DNA of 64,000 nucleotides from Eledone cirrhosa (lineage: Eukaryota). Both the position numbers and the translations under genes were made by a program. The DNA is taken from positions 28,148,001-28,212,000 of the forward strand of contig OZ024759.1 in assembly GCA_964016885.1 (NCBI GenBank), in the 5' to 3' direction. Each line of letters begins with the position of its first letter. Within the stretch, counting starts at the first letter, position 1. Shown in pieces: positions 1-14,581 of this stretch. The notes beneath the pieces were generated by a model, which was given only the letters and a program-made list of their open reading frames with translations, made no database searches and had not been told where the DNA came from.

Positions 1-785
<785 letters not shown>

Positions 786-1520
786 TATGTCTGTTTGTGT
801 GTGTGGGTAGACTTCACTATTTGTGCGTATGTGTTTGTGTGTATATATATATATATATTTATAGTGTATGCGTGTTTGTGTGTGTGAGTGCAGCTCAGTA
901 TGTGTGTGAATGTACTTCTATATATTATTGGCTATAATCTAATTACGCGCAACTGATATCAACTTATAAGTATGTATAAATATGAAATTACTAATGCCTA
1001 TAAGTAGTATTGTATCTAACTCAATAATCAGAGTCGACTCAACTTGTACGAATGTATATGAATACAAATATACAGACAATCTTAGTATTATTGCATATAA
1101 TATAATTATATGAGCTTAAGCTCAACGTATGTGTGTATACAAATAACTAAGCAGAAACGTAGAAATATATATTCATAGGTATAGACAGACCTGTCAGCTT
1201 TCCCCGTCCGACGGGGAGATCTCCCACCCGCTTTGAGGTGGGTGAAAGATGTTTTCTCTTGTAAAAATGTATATAGCTTTCATTATGGAAAATCTCCCCA
1301 TTTTGCCTCATTTCCCCCCGTTTGAGGGCCCGTTTTTCATGGTACACCCCGTTTGAGGTTTTAGAGGTTGGCGGGTCTGTAGGTTTAACCACGTCGTATG
1401 CAGTTTTTTGTCAACTAATCTCTACGTACGGTAAGCAATGTATCTCGTAACGGTTTGAAATATAGACAAAATTCCTTTTAATTTTTTGAAGATGTTACAT
1501 CTTATATATTTAGGATGGGT

Positions 1521-1725
1521 CTAACCGACCGTTTTCTTTTTGCACCAGTCTCTATCGATATTTCTAGTGCTCTTGGTCCCCGTTCTGCTGATTTCCTCCG
1601 TAAAATCATCAGAAAGACGGCAGCTTGCTTGAGGATGGAGATTCTTGAGGTGGGGTGGCTGTTGCAGCGGTTATCTCTGGCCATTCTCTGTGGAAACACC
1701 TTTGCTATTTTGTCCTCGGTGTGCG
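1521..1725 (+). mobile_element. 3' fragment of a CRE-clade (restriction-like endonuclease) non-LTR retrotransposon
   Basis: Translation FLFAPVSIDISSALGPRSADFLRKI...WLLQRLSLAILCGNTFAIL matches the recalled CRE C-terminus FxPxAxETxGxxGPxxxxFL...QRLSxAIQRGNAxxIL. Confidence 0.75.
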
Positions 1726-1891
1726 ACCAAGGCACCACTCAGACTGGGGTGAACGTCTGTCAATTTCTCCCGCCCTTCATTTTTTTCGTTGATCCTTCTT
1801 TTCTTCTTCTATTCATTTCCTTGTTTCTACGTTTTTTTTGTTCCTTTTAATGGTATGTTTTATTTTCATTAGATACTGCTCAATTATTTTA

Positions 1892-2113
1892 AGGCAGTGG
1901 ATTGGCAGTATCGGTTGAGGGTCGGGCGTTAGTCTTTGTAGCATAGAGTTACGGCCCTTTAAGGTCTGAGTTCAAATCCCGCCGAGGTTAACTTTGCCTT
2001 TCATCCTTACGGGGTCGATAAAATAAAGTACCAGTAATGCACTGGGTAATTGGTGGCCTTGTGCCAAATGCACTGGCATAATTGCTGGCCTTGTGCCAAA
2101 AGTAGAAACAATT
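1892..2113 (+). mobile_element. tRNA-derived SINE (family S1) with duplicated tail segment
   Basis: A-box-like TGGCAGTATCGG, B-box GAGTTCAAATCC, core ACTTTGCCTTTCATCCTTACGGGGTCGATAAAATAAAGTACCAG, tail GGCCTTGTGCCAAAAGTAGAAACAATT. About 20 copies in the window; the core resembles a Meta/MESC-type SINE domain (from recall). Confidence 0.9.
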
Positions 2114-2472
2114 ATTTTTATGGAATCAAAATAGTTATTGGTTTCACTGTAGCATAAAATTGTTGTATAGGGTAAGGGCTAACGTAAACGTATTGTCAAC
2201 TATTCTGTAGTGGTTGGGGTTAAATTAGATTTATATGCTTACAAGGAGATTTGGTGTAATAGTTAGTGGGTGTATACGGGGTGATAGTTGCTTAATAGTA
2301 GTCACAATCATGAGATATGTGAGGAGATGAATTATATATGAAGTAGTCAATAAATTTTACATTTATGGATTTATGGTTTGTGGAATAAAGTGATGAAACC
2401 TATCAAAGTTATCAAAGTTATATATATATATATATATAACAGAGAGAAACACATACATACATATATATATAT

Positions 2473-2716
2473 GACACAGAGGAGACTGAGGTTAGCTGGA
2501 CATGCTCACCGACATCCAGAGTTGACATTGCACTCAGTGCTCCTGTGGGAGCCCCTACGTGGACACACTGGAAGAGGAAGACTAAGGTTAACGTATGTTG
2601 ATGCCCTAAGGACAGACACTGGTCTGTTGGAGACGCAGGACATGGCAGCGATAATGAGGGACAGAGACCGCTGGAGAGAACTCGTCCATGGATCTCGGGA
2701 ATTTTACCCGCCCTAG
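2473..2716 (+). mobile_element. 3' fragment of an RTE-clade LINE
   Basis: QRRLRLAGHAHRHPEL...LLWEP...GRGRLRLTYVDAL...MRDRDRWRELV is a typical RTE ORF C-terminus; it lies in a (TA)n tract. Confidence 0.85.
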
Positions 2717-2906
2717 ATATATATATACACACACACTATAGTTTAATATATGAATCTAATGGTACAACTTTAATCCTTATGTAAATATCAGTCGTAACGT
2801 ATTTATTTCTATCTAAAACACTTCCATCGTTATTTTATCTAAGAAGCGTATTTATGTTAGGTTTCAAATACCAGATAAATAAGGAGAAATTTATATTAGT
2901 AAATCC

Positions 2907-3580
2907 TTAGAAATATGGTAACGAATGGGTTGAAGACATAGGTAGTGTCTTTTATTAGAAATATAGTAACGACGGGGCTAAAAATATAGATAGTTTCTTA
3001 TATTACAAATATAGTAGCGAAGGGATTAAAGACATAGGTAGTGTCTTTCATTAGAAATATAGTAACGACGGGGCTAAAAGTATAGGTAGTGTCTTTCATT
3101 AAAAATAAAGTAATGAAAGGGTTAAAGACATAGCCAGTGTCTTTTATTAGAAATATAGTAACGAAAGGGTTAAATATATAGGCCGAGCCTTCCATTAGAA
3201 GTATTGTAACGAAGGGCAACGACGCGGCTAAAACCATAGGTAGTGTCTTTCGTTACAAATATGGTAGCAAAGGGGTTAAAGACACAGGTAATGTTTTTCA
3301 TTAGAAATATAGTAACGAAGGGCCTAAATACTTTGGCAGTGTCTTTGATTGGAAATGTGGTAACGTAGGAGGTTAAAGACAAAGGTACTGTCTTTCATTA
3401 GAAATATAGTAACGAAGGGCCTAAATACTTTGGCAGTGTCTTTGATTGGAAATGTGGTAACGTAGGGGGTTAAAGACATAGGTAGTGTCTTTCATTAGAA
3501 ATATAGTTACGAGAGGGTTAAAGACATAAGTAGTGTCTTTCATTAAAAATATCGCAACGTAGGGCCTAAATAGTTTCAGG
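2907..3580. repeat. 48-bp minisatellite, about 14 units
   Basis: Unit approximately TTAGAAATATAGTAACGAAGGGGTTAAAGACATAGGTAGTGTCTTTCA; unit starts at 2907 and 2955; overlapping ORFs show 16-aa periodicity. Confidence 0.92.
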
Positions 3581-3979
3581 TATTTCATCTGATAGCATAG
3601 ATCAATCAAGACCAACTTGATGTCGCTCAACATGACGTCATGCTGATTTATCTTCCGTTGTCTGATCGAATTCGATAAGGAACAAGTCAAATAATTGATT
3701 CCATTTATCATCCCACACCGAAGTAAAACAAATAAATGTTGATTGATTTTATTGATCTATTGATTGTCACATCCTCCATTCATTGGACATTGGTTCGATG
3801 ATTGATAAGGGAATGAGTAGAAACCAACGTATTGATAGTAATTCGGTAAAATATAGTAATTTAGATGAGAGGAAAAAATAACTTTCATCGAACTTATCAA
3901 CAGTTTAACGACTCGAACACTCTCTTAACTTCTTAATATTCTCACAAATACAGCAAGGTAGAGACAGGGGGACAGTAAC

Positions 3980-4440
3980 TGATGACGTGAATGGTATGGC
4001 TGGTATGGTGTGGTGCGGATGGTGGGGTGTTGAAGGTGTGAACTCGAACACTCTCTTCTTTATATTCTCACAAATACAAGATAGAGATAGAGGAAAGAGT
4101 TATTGATGACGCGGATGGTATGGATAGTGTGGTGTTGATGGTGTGGTGTTGATGATGAGATGTGCTGTGGATGGTGTGGTGTGCTGTGGATGGTGAGGTA
4201 TGGATGGTGGGGTGTTGATGATGAGGTGCGGTATGTTGTTGATGGTGTGGTGTTGATGGTGGTATGGTGTTGATAGTATGGATGGGGTAGGGTGGTATGG
4301 ATGGATGGGATGGGGTGGTATGGATGTTGTGGTGTTGGTGGTGTTGATGGTGTTGATGGTATGGATGGATGGTGTGGTGTTGATAGTGTTTATGGTGAGA
4401 ATGGTGTGGTGTGCTATGGATGGAGTTGATGGTATTGATG
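3980..4440. repeat. Degenerate GGT/GAT/TG low-complexity tract
   Basis: Repeated tggtgtggtgttgatgg; a short flank is duplicated at 3910 and 4041. Confidence 0.85.
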
Positions 4441-4441
4441 T

Positions 4442-5125
4442 GGCCCTTTACGATCTGAGTTCAAATCCTTCCAAGGTTAACTTTGCGTTTCATCCTTACG
4501 GGGGTCGATAAAATAAAGTACCAGTAATGCATTGGGGTCAATTTAATCAACTTTCCCCTCACCCCAAAATTGCTGGCCTTTTGCCTAATCAGAAACCATT
4601 AACATTACTATTATCTAAAAGAGGTGGATTAGCAGTATCAGTAGAAGGTTGGACACCAGCATAGAGTTACGGCCCTTTACGGTCTGAGTTCAAATCCCGC
4701 CGAGGTTGACTTTGCCTTTCATCCTTACGAGATCGATAAAATAAAGTACCAGTAATGCACTGGTAATTACTGGCCTTGTGCCAAAGGTAGAAACAATTAT
4801 TATTATTATTAGTTAAATTAGTCTTGCCATTGTGCACTTTTACTCGAGCTTATTGTAAATCCCCCTCCCCCCACTGTCCGTGTCTTTGTATTGTCCCCTA
4901 CATGTCGGCCCTTGTGGTCAATAAATGAAATCATTATTATTGTGGATTGGCAGTATCGGTAGAAGGTCGCTCGCCATGCTTTCCAGCATAGTTACGGCCC
5001 TTTACGATCTGAGTTCAAATCCCGCCGAGGTTGACTTTGCCTTTCATCCTTACGGGGTCGATAAAATAAAGTACCAGTAATGCACTGGGTAATTGCTGGC
5101 CTTGTGCCTAAAGTAGAAACAAATA
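4442..5125 (+). mobile_element. Three S1 SINEs (about 4442-4600, 4621-4800, 4942-5125) around a LINE-like 3' tail (about 4820-4940)
   Basis: S1 core occurs three times; the intervening piece ends GGCCCTTGTGGTCAATAAATGAAAT(TAT)n, like tails at about 33800 and 54150. Confidence 0.88.
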
Positions 5126-5495
5126 TTATTATTATTAATACACATGTATTTCATAATCAAATAATCTAACCTAAGCAGATTACAATATAATATAATTTCT
5201 CACCGATTCCCTGAGCAATTCTGTTCTGTTTTTTTATTATTATTCTTATCATTCCTCTATTCCGCTATTCTTCCATTCTTCCATTCCTGTTCTATTTTAT
5301 ATATTTACCCAAGAGAGACCCATTACAATAACAGCTGTTGCCATTTTTTTCATTTTTTCTATTCTTCCCCTAATTCCTGTAATTTCTAATGGCAAATAAA
5401 ATATTTAGCACTGCACCAAAACACTCCAAAGTTCCCCTTATTTATCATCAATTTATCGATATATTGATTTTTGTTTCTTATATATGTGTTATATG

Positions 5496-5880
5496 TTTGT
5501 TGTTGTTGTTGTTGTTGCTGTTGTGGCTGTTGTTATTGTTGTAGTTGTTGTTGTTGTTGTTGTTGTTGTGGTTGTTGTTATAGTAGTTGTTGCTGTTGTT
5601 GATGCTGTTGTTGTTGCTGTTGTTGTTGTTGTTGTCGTTGATCATGTTGCTGTAGATGCTGCTGTTGTTGTTGTTGTTGTTGTTGTTGTTGCTGGTTTTG
5701 TTTTGTTGCTGGTTTTGTTGTTGTTGTTGATTATGTTGCTTCTATTGTTGTTGTTGGTGTTGTATTCTTTTAAAGCTAGAAACATGAAAACCTCACTAAA
5801 CGCCGCAGTAAAATGTTCCAGAATATTTCCCTAGTGCACACACGCTCTCCCCCTCTCTCTCTTCATACCTGATGTATCTC

Positions 5881-5948
<68 letters not shown>
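5496..5948. repeat. (GTT)n tract and (CT)n tract
   Basis: Direct reading. Confidence 0.95.
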
Positions 5949-5951
<3 letters not shown>

Positions 5952-6702
5952 TGCAACAATACGTTCTATTATAAAAAAACAAAAAAAAAGCAATACAACA
6001 CACATGAAGTAAAAATAGAAAAGCATAGGTTTTTCGGCATAAAAGACAATATATTTAATATTAATGTCTTACTTTGACATATAGCTATACATTATATCAT
6101 ATAGCGGTGGGGGTGGGGTGAGGTGTGGTGAGAAGATGTCTCACAGGTTACACACAATATCACATGATTAGTACATATTTTATTGGTTCTGAATGAAAAA
6201 TGAATTTGACCATTTGACCTATTCACTCTCCGGAGAAAATGAAACATTACCTGCTCGTGCTGTGACTCCCTAGAAGGATATAGGGGCTGGAGAGTTGTTG
6301 AAATACAATAAGAACGGACCTTATATTACAGTTCCATTCAGAAGAAAACCAATATTTGGGAGTAATATTTAGTGTTGGCCTTCAATGAGGTTGGTCTAAC
6401 GTCTAAATTACCGTGGATGGTGGATCTCAAATATTTATCCATTTATCTACCCTTAGAAAAACACAGCCAACAACATAACCACAGAGCTGCCAACAAAACC
6501 ACAGATCCAACAACAAAATCACTCAGCCAATAACGCAACCACTCAGCCATTAACAAAACACCACAGCCAACCTCGCAACCGCCAACCAAATCCTCAAATC
6601 CAACAACACAACCACAGATCCAACAACACAGCCACAGTGCCAATAACACAGCCACGAAGCCATTAACACAACCACATTTATATTTACATGTATATATATA
6701 AT

Positions 6703-6870
6703 AATAATTGTTTCTACTATTGGCACAAGGCCAGCAAATACGCCAGTACATTACTGGTACTTTATTTTATCGACCTCCTAAGGATGAAAGGCAAAGTGAA
6801 CCTGGCGCGATTTGAACTCACACCATAAAAGGGCGTAACTCTATGCTGCAAATCTGATACTGCCAATTCC
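6703..6870 (-). mobile_element. S1 SINE
   Basis: Reverse-complement core ACTGGTACTTTATTTTATCGACC...GGATGAAAGGCAAAGT. Confidence 0.85.
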
Positions 6871-6928
6871 CCATAACAATAATATAAGTAAAATCGAAGT
6901 TGCAGCATCGGCTAGCATCTCACGAAAG

Positions 6929-6976
<48 letters not shown>

Positions 6977-7134
6977 CAGGATGGATTCAGTTGAAACTTG
7001 TTAGCCCATTACTCACCAGCGTACTCGATACTTGGAGTAGTATAGAATGGTTATATGAATGAGTTATGATTGCTGTTGAAGTGTGTATCCACTTTCTTTT
7101 GGGGAGTGGGGGAACCCTGTATATATATAATATA

Positions 7135-7330
7135 TATAGTAATAATAATAAATTTGAAGACTAGAATCCAAAGAGGGCTCGATAAGGATAAATATATATA
7201 AAATATATAAGAACCCTAGAGCAAATATTTATTAAAATAACAGATTAAAGTTTACGCAAAGAATCGCTGCTTTCACCCAGAAGGGTGAAAGCAGCGATTC
7301 TTTGGTTAAACTTTAATCTGTTTTTTTTAA

Positions 7331-7421
<91 letters not shown>

Positions 7422-7469
7422 GAGAGTCTGGGGTACTATGACCAGGACGACCACTAATCATGGAAGTAT

Positions 7470-7500
<31 letters not shown>

Positions 7501-7715
7501 TTATATATATATATTTAGTTTCAGAAGATCCCGTTAAGGGTGAAAGCAGCGATTCTCTGCTTAAACTTTAATCTTTTTTTTTTTTTTATAAACATGGTTC
7601 TTATATATTTGATATATATTTATATTTAATAAATATGGTTCTTATATATTTGATATATATTTATCCTTATCTATCCGTCTTCGGATTTTAGACTTCACAT
7701 TTGTTATTATTACTA
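7135..7715. mobile_element. Penelope-like pLTR remnant: inverted partial copy plus direct copy
   Basis: 7135-7280 is largely the reverse complement of 7537-7715; fold-back palindrome at 7245-7318; hammerhead-like motif at 7518-7566; flanked by (TA)n. Confidence 0.6.
7518..7566 (+). ncRNA. Degenerate type I hammerhead ribozyme
   Basis: GUUU-CAGAAGA (U4 changed to A)-UCCC guuaa GGGU-GAAA-GCAG cgauucu CUGC-UU-AAAC; stems I, II and III all pair. Confidence 0.6.
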
Positions 7716-8099
7716 TAAATATATATATATACTACCATCGCCATCTTTCTCATTATCATCATCAACATCATATTCTACTAAGCACATATTTTCCGTTTTT
7801 CCCTTTCTTCTTCCTAGTAGATAGAACTGTTCCTACTGTTCTTCAATTCGTTTTATCTGTCACGTTTGATACCGTCCTTCTACAGAAACGTCCATTGATT
7901 TTAACGAACTGCTACTACTACTGTTATTGCTACTGTTGCTGCTGCTGGCAGTGTTTCTGGTGTGAATACTAAATTTCCAAAACCCGTCGTAAATCTCAAT
8001 TAAGACGTTCATTAGAAACCAAGATACTCTGGATATTGTCTTAGGGAACTTTATGTCAAGTCGACCTTAATTATAATTACTGAGAACCATTGAAACATG

Positions 8100-8690
<591 letters not shown>

Positions 8691-8804
8691 ACATAAAATT
8701 GCATTAGAACAAACTTGAACGTCTGACAAAATACCTTCTGGTATTTACTGCCAAATTTTACTTTCTATGGCCAAATTCACACCGATTTGATTTTGCCTTA
8801 GCAG

Positions 8805-8975
8805 TCGAGTGATGGAGGTTAGGTGAGAGACTTAAGTACAAGAATTACAACAGCTGGTTTAGTAGTGCACCAGCTTCAGCATTCGGTCATCACCAGAAGA
8901 AGGGCGGTAGATGTAAAAGCCAAATTAACTATCTTCCATTCGTATTCGTGCCAACCCTTATCTGTAGTCGTGAAT
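8805..8975 (+). mobile_element. Internal fragment of an RTE/Expander-like LINE
   Basis: RDLSTRITTAGLVVHQLQHSVITRRRAVDVKAKLTIF, then frameshift to VFVPTL; resembles EREIDRRIGAASAVMR..RSVV.KRELS.KAKLSIY.SIFVPTL. Confidence 0.75.
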
Positions 8976-9235
8976 TTAATCGATTTCTTCAGAAAAAAGA
9001 AAATAGCAAAGAATCCCCCCAAATCTTTCTTACTATTGTTTGAATAATATGAAGTCTATATATTTATAGAGAGAGACACATTTAAATTTGGTAAGTTCCC
9101 CACTGGGTAGAATTGGTCTTACTGCGAAGTAAATCATAATGTAATATTATGAAAGAACTCGACGTTATGCAACTTATCCATCTTTGATATTAAATTATAT
9201 TGCATAGTATTTGCAGTAATAAATAATATTTAAAG

Positions 9236-9277
<42 letters not shown>

Positions 9278-10242
9278 GTGTTTATGTATGTATGTCTACT
9301 TGTGTGTGTTTATATATGTATGGGAGTGATTGTGTAATCCATTTCATTCTTCTCAAAGATATATTGCTACTGTTATCCTGTTTCTCAAAAAATTCTCCAA
9401 TTAACTTATTTTTTATTTTTATTTTATTTTTAATTCTCTCTAAATTATTATTATTATTATTTTTATAATTCTCTCTAGGTTTATTGCTTTATTTATTTTA
9501 TATTCAATTCTCTCTAAGTTTTTAAATATTTAAATCTATTCAATTATATTCACACAAAAAAAACACAAATAAGATATAAAAATTTGTATAACGTAAATAA
9601 CGTAATGGTAAGATAATCTTCGGTAGTTAGAAGTAATGGCGTTAGTAATTCTGGCTAATTACTGTGAAATATTTGCATAATTGCTCTTTGACTTAAATGG
9701 CGACCATAAATACTGCTATTTAAACTTCTCCAGTCTTTAATAACAGTCCTGCCTTATTCAGTCTTATTTTCTTTGTCCTCTCTTGCCTAATAAAAATTCT
9801 TATATCTCCGCTGTATCTTCTCTGTAAATGATTTCACTGTTTAATTCTAAACCTGATTATTCACGCTTCTTTCACAAACCATTCTTAGTAATATCGAATT
9901 CGATCTGACTGTCTGTATGTCTGTTGATTGTTAGTTTCGTATTCACAAAAAGAAAGAAGAAAAGAGAAAGAAAAGAAGTGAGAAAAGTGTGTGGCGAAAA
10001 AAAGAAATAAAGAGAAAAAAAAAAATGAAAAAAAAAAAAGGAAAAGAATTCATGCGAAATGAACGATTTCAATGTTTATCTGTAGTAGGTGTATGGTTGG
10101 ATTTCAGAGCTACTTACTATCTCATTGCGGAATCGTGTTCCACTATCGTGTTCTTGCCATTATCACCAGCAACAACATCATCTCCATAAGCACCAGTACC
10201 AGTGCCATCATCATCATCACCATCATGTCATTCTCACAATAT

Positions 10243-10299
10243 TCTTCTTCTTCTTCTTCTTCTTCTTCTTCTTCTTCTTCTTCTTCTTCTTCTTCTTCT
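10243..10299. repeat. (TTC)n microsatellite
   Basis: Direct reading. Confidence 0.97.
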
Positions 10300-10397
10300 T
10301 TTGCCCATAAAATCTGTCCAGCGATTCTTACCCGAGACATTCTAACCACCTGCCCTTAGTATCGAAGATGTGATCTCTCAATTCAGAGAAGTACTAA

Positions 10398-11318
10398 TAA
10401 TTGTTTCTACTTTAGGCACAAGGCCAGCAATTCAATTATCACAGTGCATTACTGGTACTTTATTTTATCGACCCCGTAAGGATGAAAGGCAAAGTCAACC
10501 TCGGCGGGATTTGAACTCAGATCGTAAAGGGACGTAACTATGCTGGAAAGCATGGCGTCCGACCCTCTACTGATACTGCCAATCCACCGCCCTAGCATGG
10601 CGTCCGACCCTCTACCGATACTGCCAATCCACCGCCCTAGCATGGCGTCCGACCCTCTACCGATACTGCCAATCCACCGCCCTAGCATGGCGTCCGACCC
10701 TCTACTGATACTGCCAATCCACCGACCTAGCATGGCGTCCGACCCTCTACCGATACTGCCAATCCACCGCCCTAGCATGGCGTCCGACCCTCTACCGATA
10801 CTGCCAATCCACCGCCCTAGCATGGCGTCCGACCCTCTACTGATACTGCCAATCCACCGACCTAGCATGGCGTCCGACCCTCTACCGATACTGCCAATCC
10901 ACCGCAATAATGATTTCTAATGTAGGCACAAGGCCAGTAATTTGGAGGGAGGGGAAAGTCGATTAAATCGACCCCAGTTCGTTACTCGTGCTTTATTTTA
11001 TCGACTACGTAAAGATGAAAGGCAAAATTAACCTCGGCAGGATATGAAGTCACATGGTAAAGGGCCATAACTCTATGCTGAAAAGTATGGCGTCCGACCC
11101 TCTACCGATACTGCCAATACTTATAATAATTGTTTCTACTTTTGGCACAAAGCCAGCAATTATCACAGTGTATTACTGGTATTTTATTTTATCGACCCCG
11201 TAAGGATGAAAGAGCAAAGTTAACCTCGGTGGGATTGGAACTCAGATCATAAAGGGCTGTAACTCTTTGTTGCAAAGCATGGTGTCTGACGCTCTACCGA
11301 TACTGCCAATCCACCACC
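10398..11318 (-). mobile_element. Three S1 SINEs (10398-10905 with amplified head; 10910-11118; 11126-11318)
   Basis: Three reverse-complement S1 cores. Confidence 0.9.
10549..10905 (-). repeat. Eight tandem copies of the 45-bp S1 SINE head
   Basis: Unit GCATGGCGTCCGACCCTCTAC(C/T)GATACTGCCAATCCACCG(C/A)CCTA. Confidence 0.95.
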
Positions 11319-11739
11319 AATACTTATAATAATACTATTTTATTCCAATTTGTCCGCTTCCTCTCTTCACTGTTTACCAAACACCAACCATAATTAACTG
11401 ACCAAAATTCTACTTTATCATTAAAAATATGTAATATTTTTATATATATTTACCTAATCCGGCAATCTATATTGTTGATTATGTCTAAATATTTTATCCG
11501 GAATATAGTAATGAAAAATGTATATAAATGTTAAAAGTTATGTTTAAATCGCCATTGTTTGAAATATTGGTTGAGAAATGTTTTGAATTGATTCTGATTA
11601 GATGGTGATTTATCATTACTGGTGTTCTTTGTTAAAATAAAGAGGGAGAGGGAGGGAGTAGGGAGAGCTGGAGGGAGCGGGGGGAGGGGAGAGGGTGTCT
11701 GTTGAGAAATATATGAGGGGTTCTTTGAAAAGGAAATTA

Positions 11740-11921
11740 TATATATATATAATATATATATAATATATATATATATATGTGTGTGTGTGTGTAGGGAATC
11801 GTCCTTTTATTATATATATAGATATATACATATACTATATATATGTATATATATTTTATACACACACACATGTGTATATAATACATCTATATATATATGT
11901 GTGTGTATATATATATATATT

Positions 11922-11969
<48 letters not shown>

Positions 11970-12450
11970 CACACACACACACGCATATACATTTATATAT
12001 ACATATATACATATATATGTGTGTGTGTGAGTGTATATATATATATACACACACACACATATACATTTATATATATATGTATATATATATATGTGTGTGT
12101 GAGTGTATATATATATATACATATATATAAAAAGCAGAATTGTTTCGTGAGGAAATTGACCCTGATCGAATGATATGAGAGTAAACAAGAATTTAGATTT
12201 GCCATTCTAACTTAAAATTGAACGAGAAGGAATAATTACCGGAGGATTCATGTAGAATGACTTGTCTACTACTTCTCTTGTTATTAGTGTTGTTGTTGTT
12301 GTTGTTGTTGTTGTTAGTGTTGTTGTTGTTGTTGTTGTTGTTAGTGTTGTTGTTGTTGAGGTTGATGATGTGGCTGAGGTTGGTGAGGGTGTTGTTAGTG
12401 TTGATGTTGATGTCTATGTACAGGTGTGTGTAAATGTGTGTGCCAATGAA

Positions 12451-12517
<67 letters not shown>

Positions 12518-12528
12518 ATGTATGTATC

Positions 12529-12572
<44 letters not shown>

Positions 12573-12685
12573 ATGAGATATTTAGATACATTGATATGAG
12601 TGTATATATATATGTGTGTGTGTGTGTATGTATTTATATATATATGTGTGTATGTTTGTATGTGTGTATATATGTATATTATTTC

Positions 12686-12772
<87 letters not shown>

Positions 12773-13330
12773 GTGTCCCTATGATGAATAACTAAGAAAA
12801 GTCCGTTACACAAAGGGAGCGAAACTGATAGAAATCTACTGTAATCCATCAAATAAAGATTTATTTCATGGTTTGGGTGGGGGTGGGGTGACACTACAAC
12901 AACAACAACAGAAACATTGACAACAACAGCAACAACAACAATAGCAACAGTAACAACAACAGCAACGACAACAATAGCAACAGTAACAACAACAGCAACG
13001 ACAACAATAGCAACAGTAACAACAACAGAAAAAAATAACAACAAAAGCAAAAATAACAATGACAACAGCAACAAACAACAATAACAAGAGCAATAACAAC
13101 AACAACTTCAAGAATACCACCACCACCACCACCACCAACAACAACAAGATCAACAACACAAAGATCAACAACAGCAGCAGCAACAACAATAACGACAACA
13201 GCAACAAACAACAACAACAACAACAACAACAACAAGAGCAATAACAACAACGACAATTTCAAGAACAGCAACGGGAGACCACCACCACTACCACCACCAA
13301 CAACAACAACAACAACACCAAGATCAACAA

Positions 13331-13361
<31 letters not shown>

Positions 13362-14549
13362 AACAAGTTTAACCAACACCAACATCAGCATCATCATCAA
13401 CACCAAATGCAGCAACAACAACTACTACAACATCAAAGACATCATCAACACCAATGTCATCATCATCAACAAGAGCAACGACAACAATATTGTCTATAAT
13501 AACATGAAGACGAAGGTGGCGGGGGGGGGTGTAATGGAGGCATGGGAGAGTAAAAGTTTAATAGACAAAACAACAACAGGTTCAAAAGTAACACCAAGAA
13601 ATAAAGGGGGGGAGGAGGGTGTAATGGAGTAGGGAGAGTGCATGAGGAGGAGGTGGAGGAGTATGAGGAGAGGAAAGGGAGGTAAATCTACCTTGACAGA
13701 TATTCCCACCAACTCTCGGTTAGTTTTGTATTGTTTGTGTGGCTGTCTCAAATGTATTATAGATTTAACTGGGGAAGTGATAGGAATTCTTGCTAGACGA
13801 TGGTGGTGATGGTGGTGGTGGTGATGGTGGTGGTGGTGGTGGTGATGGTGGTGGTGATGGTGGTGGTGATGGTGATGGTGGTGGTCGTGGTGGAGGTGGT
13901 GGTGGTGGTGGTGATGGTGGAGGTGGTGGTGGTGGTGGTGATGGTCGTGGTAATGGTGGTGGTGGTGGTGATGGTCGTGGTGCTGGTGGTGGTGATGGTG
14001 GTGGTGGTGGTGATGGTCGTGGTGGTGGTGGTGGTGGTGGTGGTGGTGATGGTGGTGGTGGTCGTGATGATGATGGTGGTGGTGATGGTGGTGGTGGTGG
14101 TGGTGATGGTGATGGTGGTGGTGATGGTGGTGGTGATGGTGGTGGTGGTGGTGGTGATGGTGGTGGTGATGGTGGTAATGATGGTGATGGTGATGGTTGT
14201 GAGGATGAGGGAGATGATGGTGATGATGATGGTGAAGGTGATGATGATGTTGATGGTGGTGATGATGATGGTGGTGGTGGTGGTGATGAGGATGAGGGAG
14301 AATGATGGTGAAGGTGATGATCGTGAAGGTGATGATGATGAGGATGCTGGTAGTGGTGGAGGTGGTGGAGAAGGAGATGATGGTGATGAAGGTGTTGATG
14401 ATGACGATGGGGGCGACGATAAAGGTGATGGTGGTGATGGCGGCGGTGGTGATAGTGAAGGTGATGATGAGGGTGAGGATGACGATACTGATGCTGCTGA
14501 TGATGGGGATGGTGAAGATGACGACGATGATGATGATGATGATGATCAC

Positions 14550-14581
<32 letters not shown>

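Noticed and set aside
1892-2113. tRNA genes
   Set aside because: A and B boxes belong to SINE heads; no complete cloverleaf is visible.
10449-10920. 15-aa repeat protein or CRISPR-like array
   Set aside because: Head-to-tail SINE head repeats with no spacers and no cas genes; eukaryotic context.
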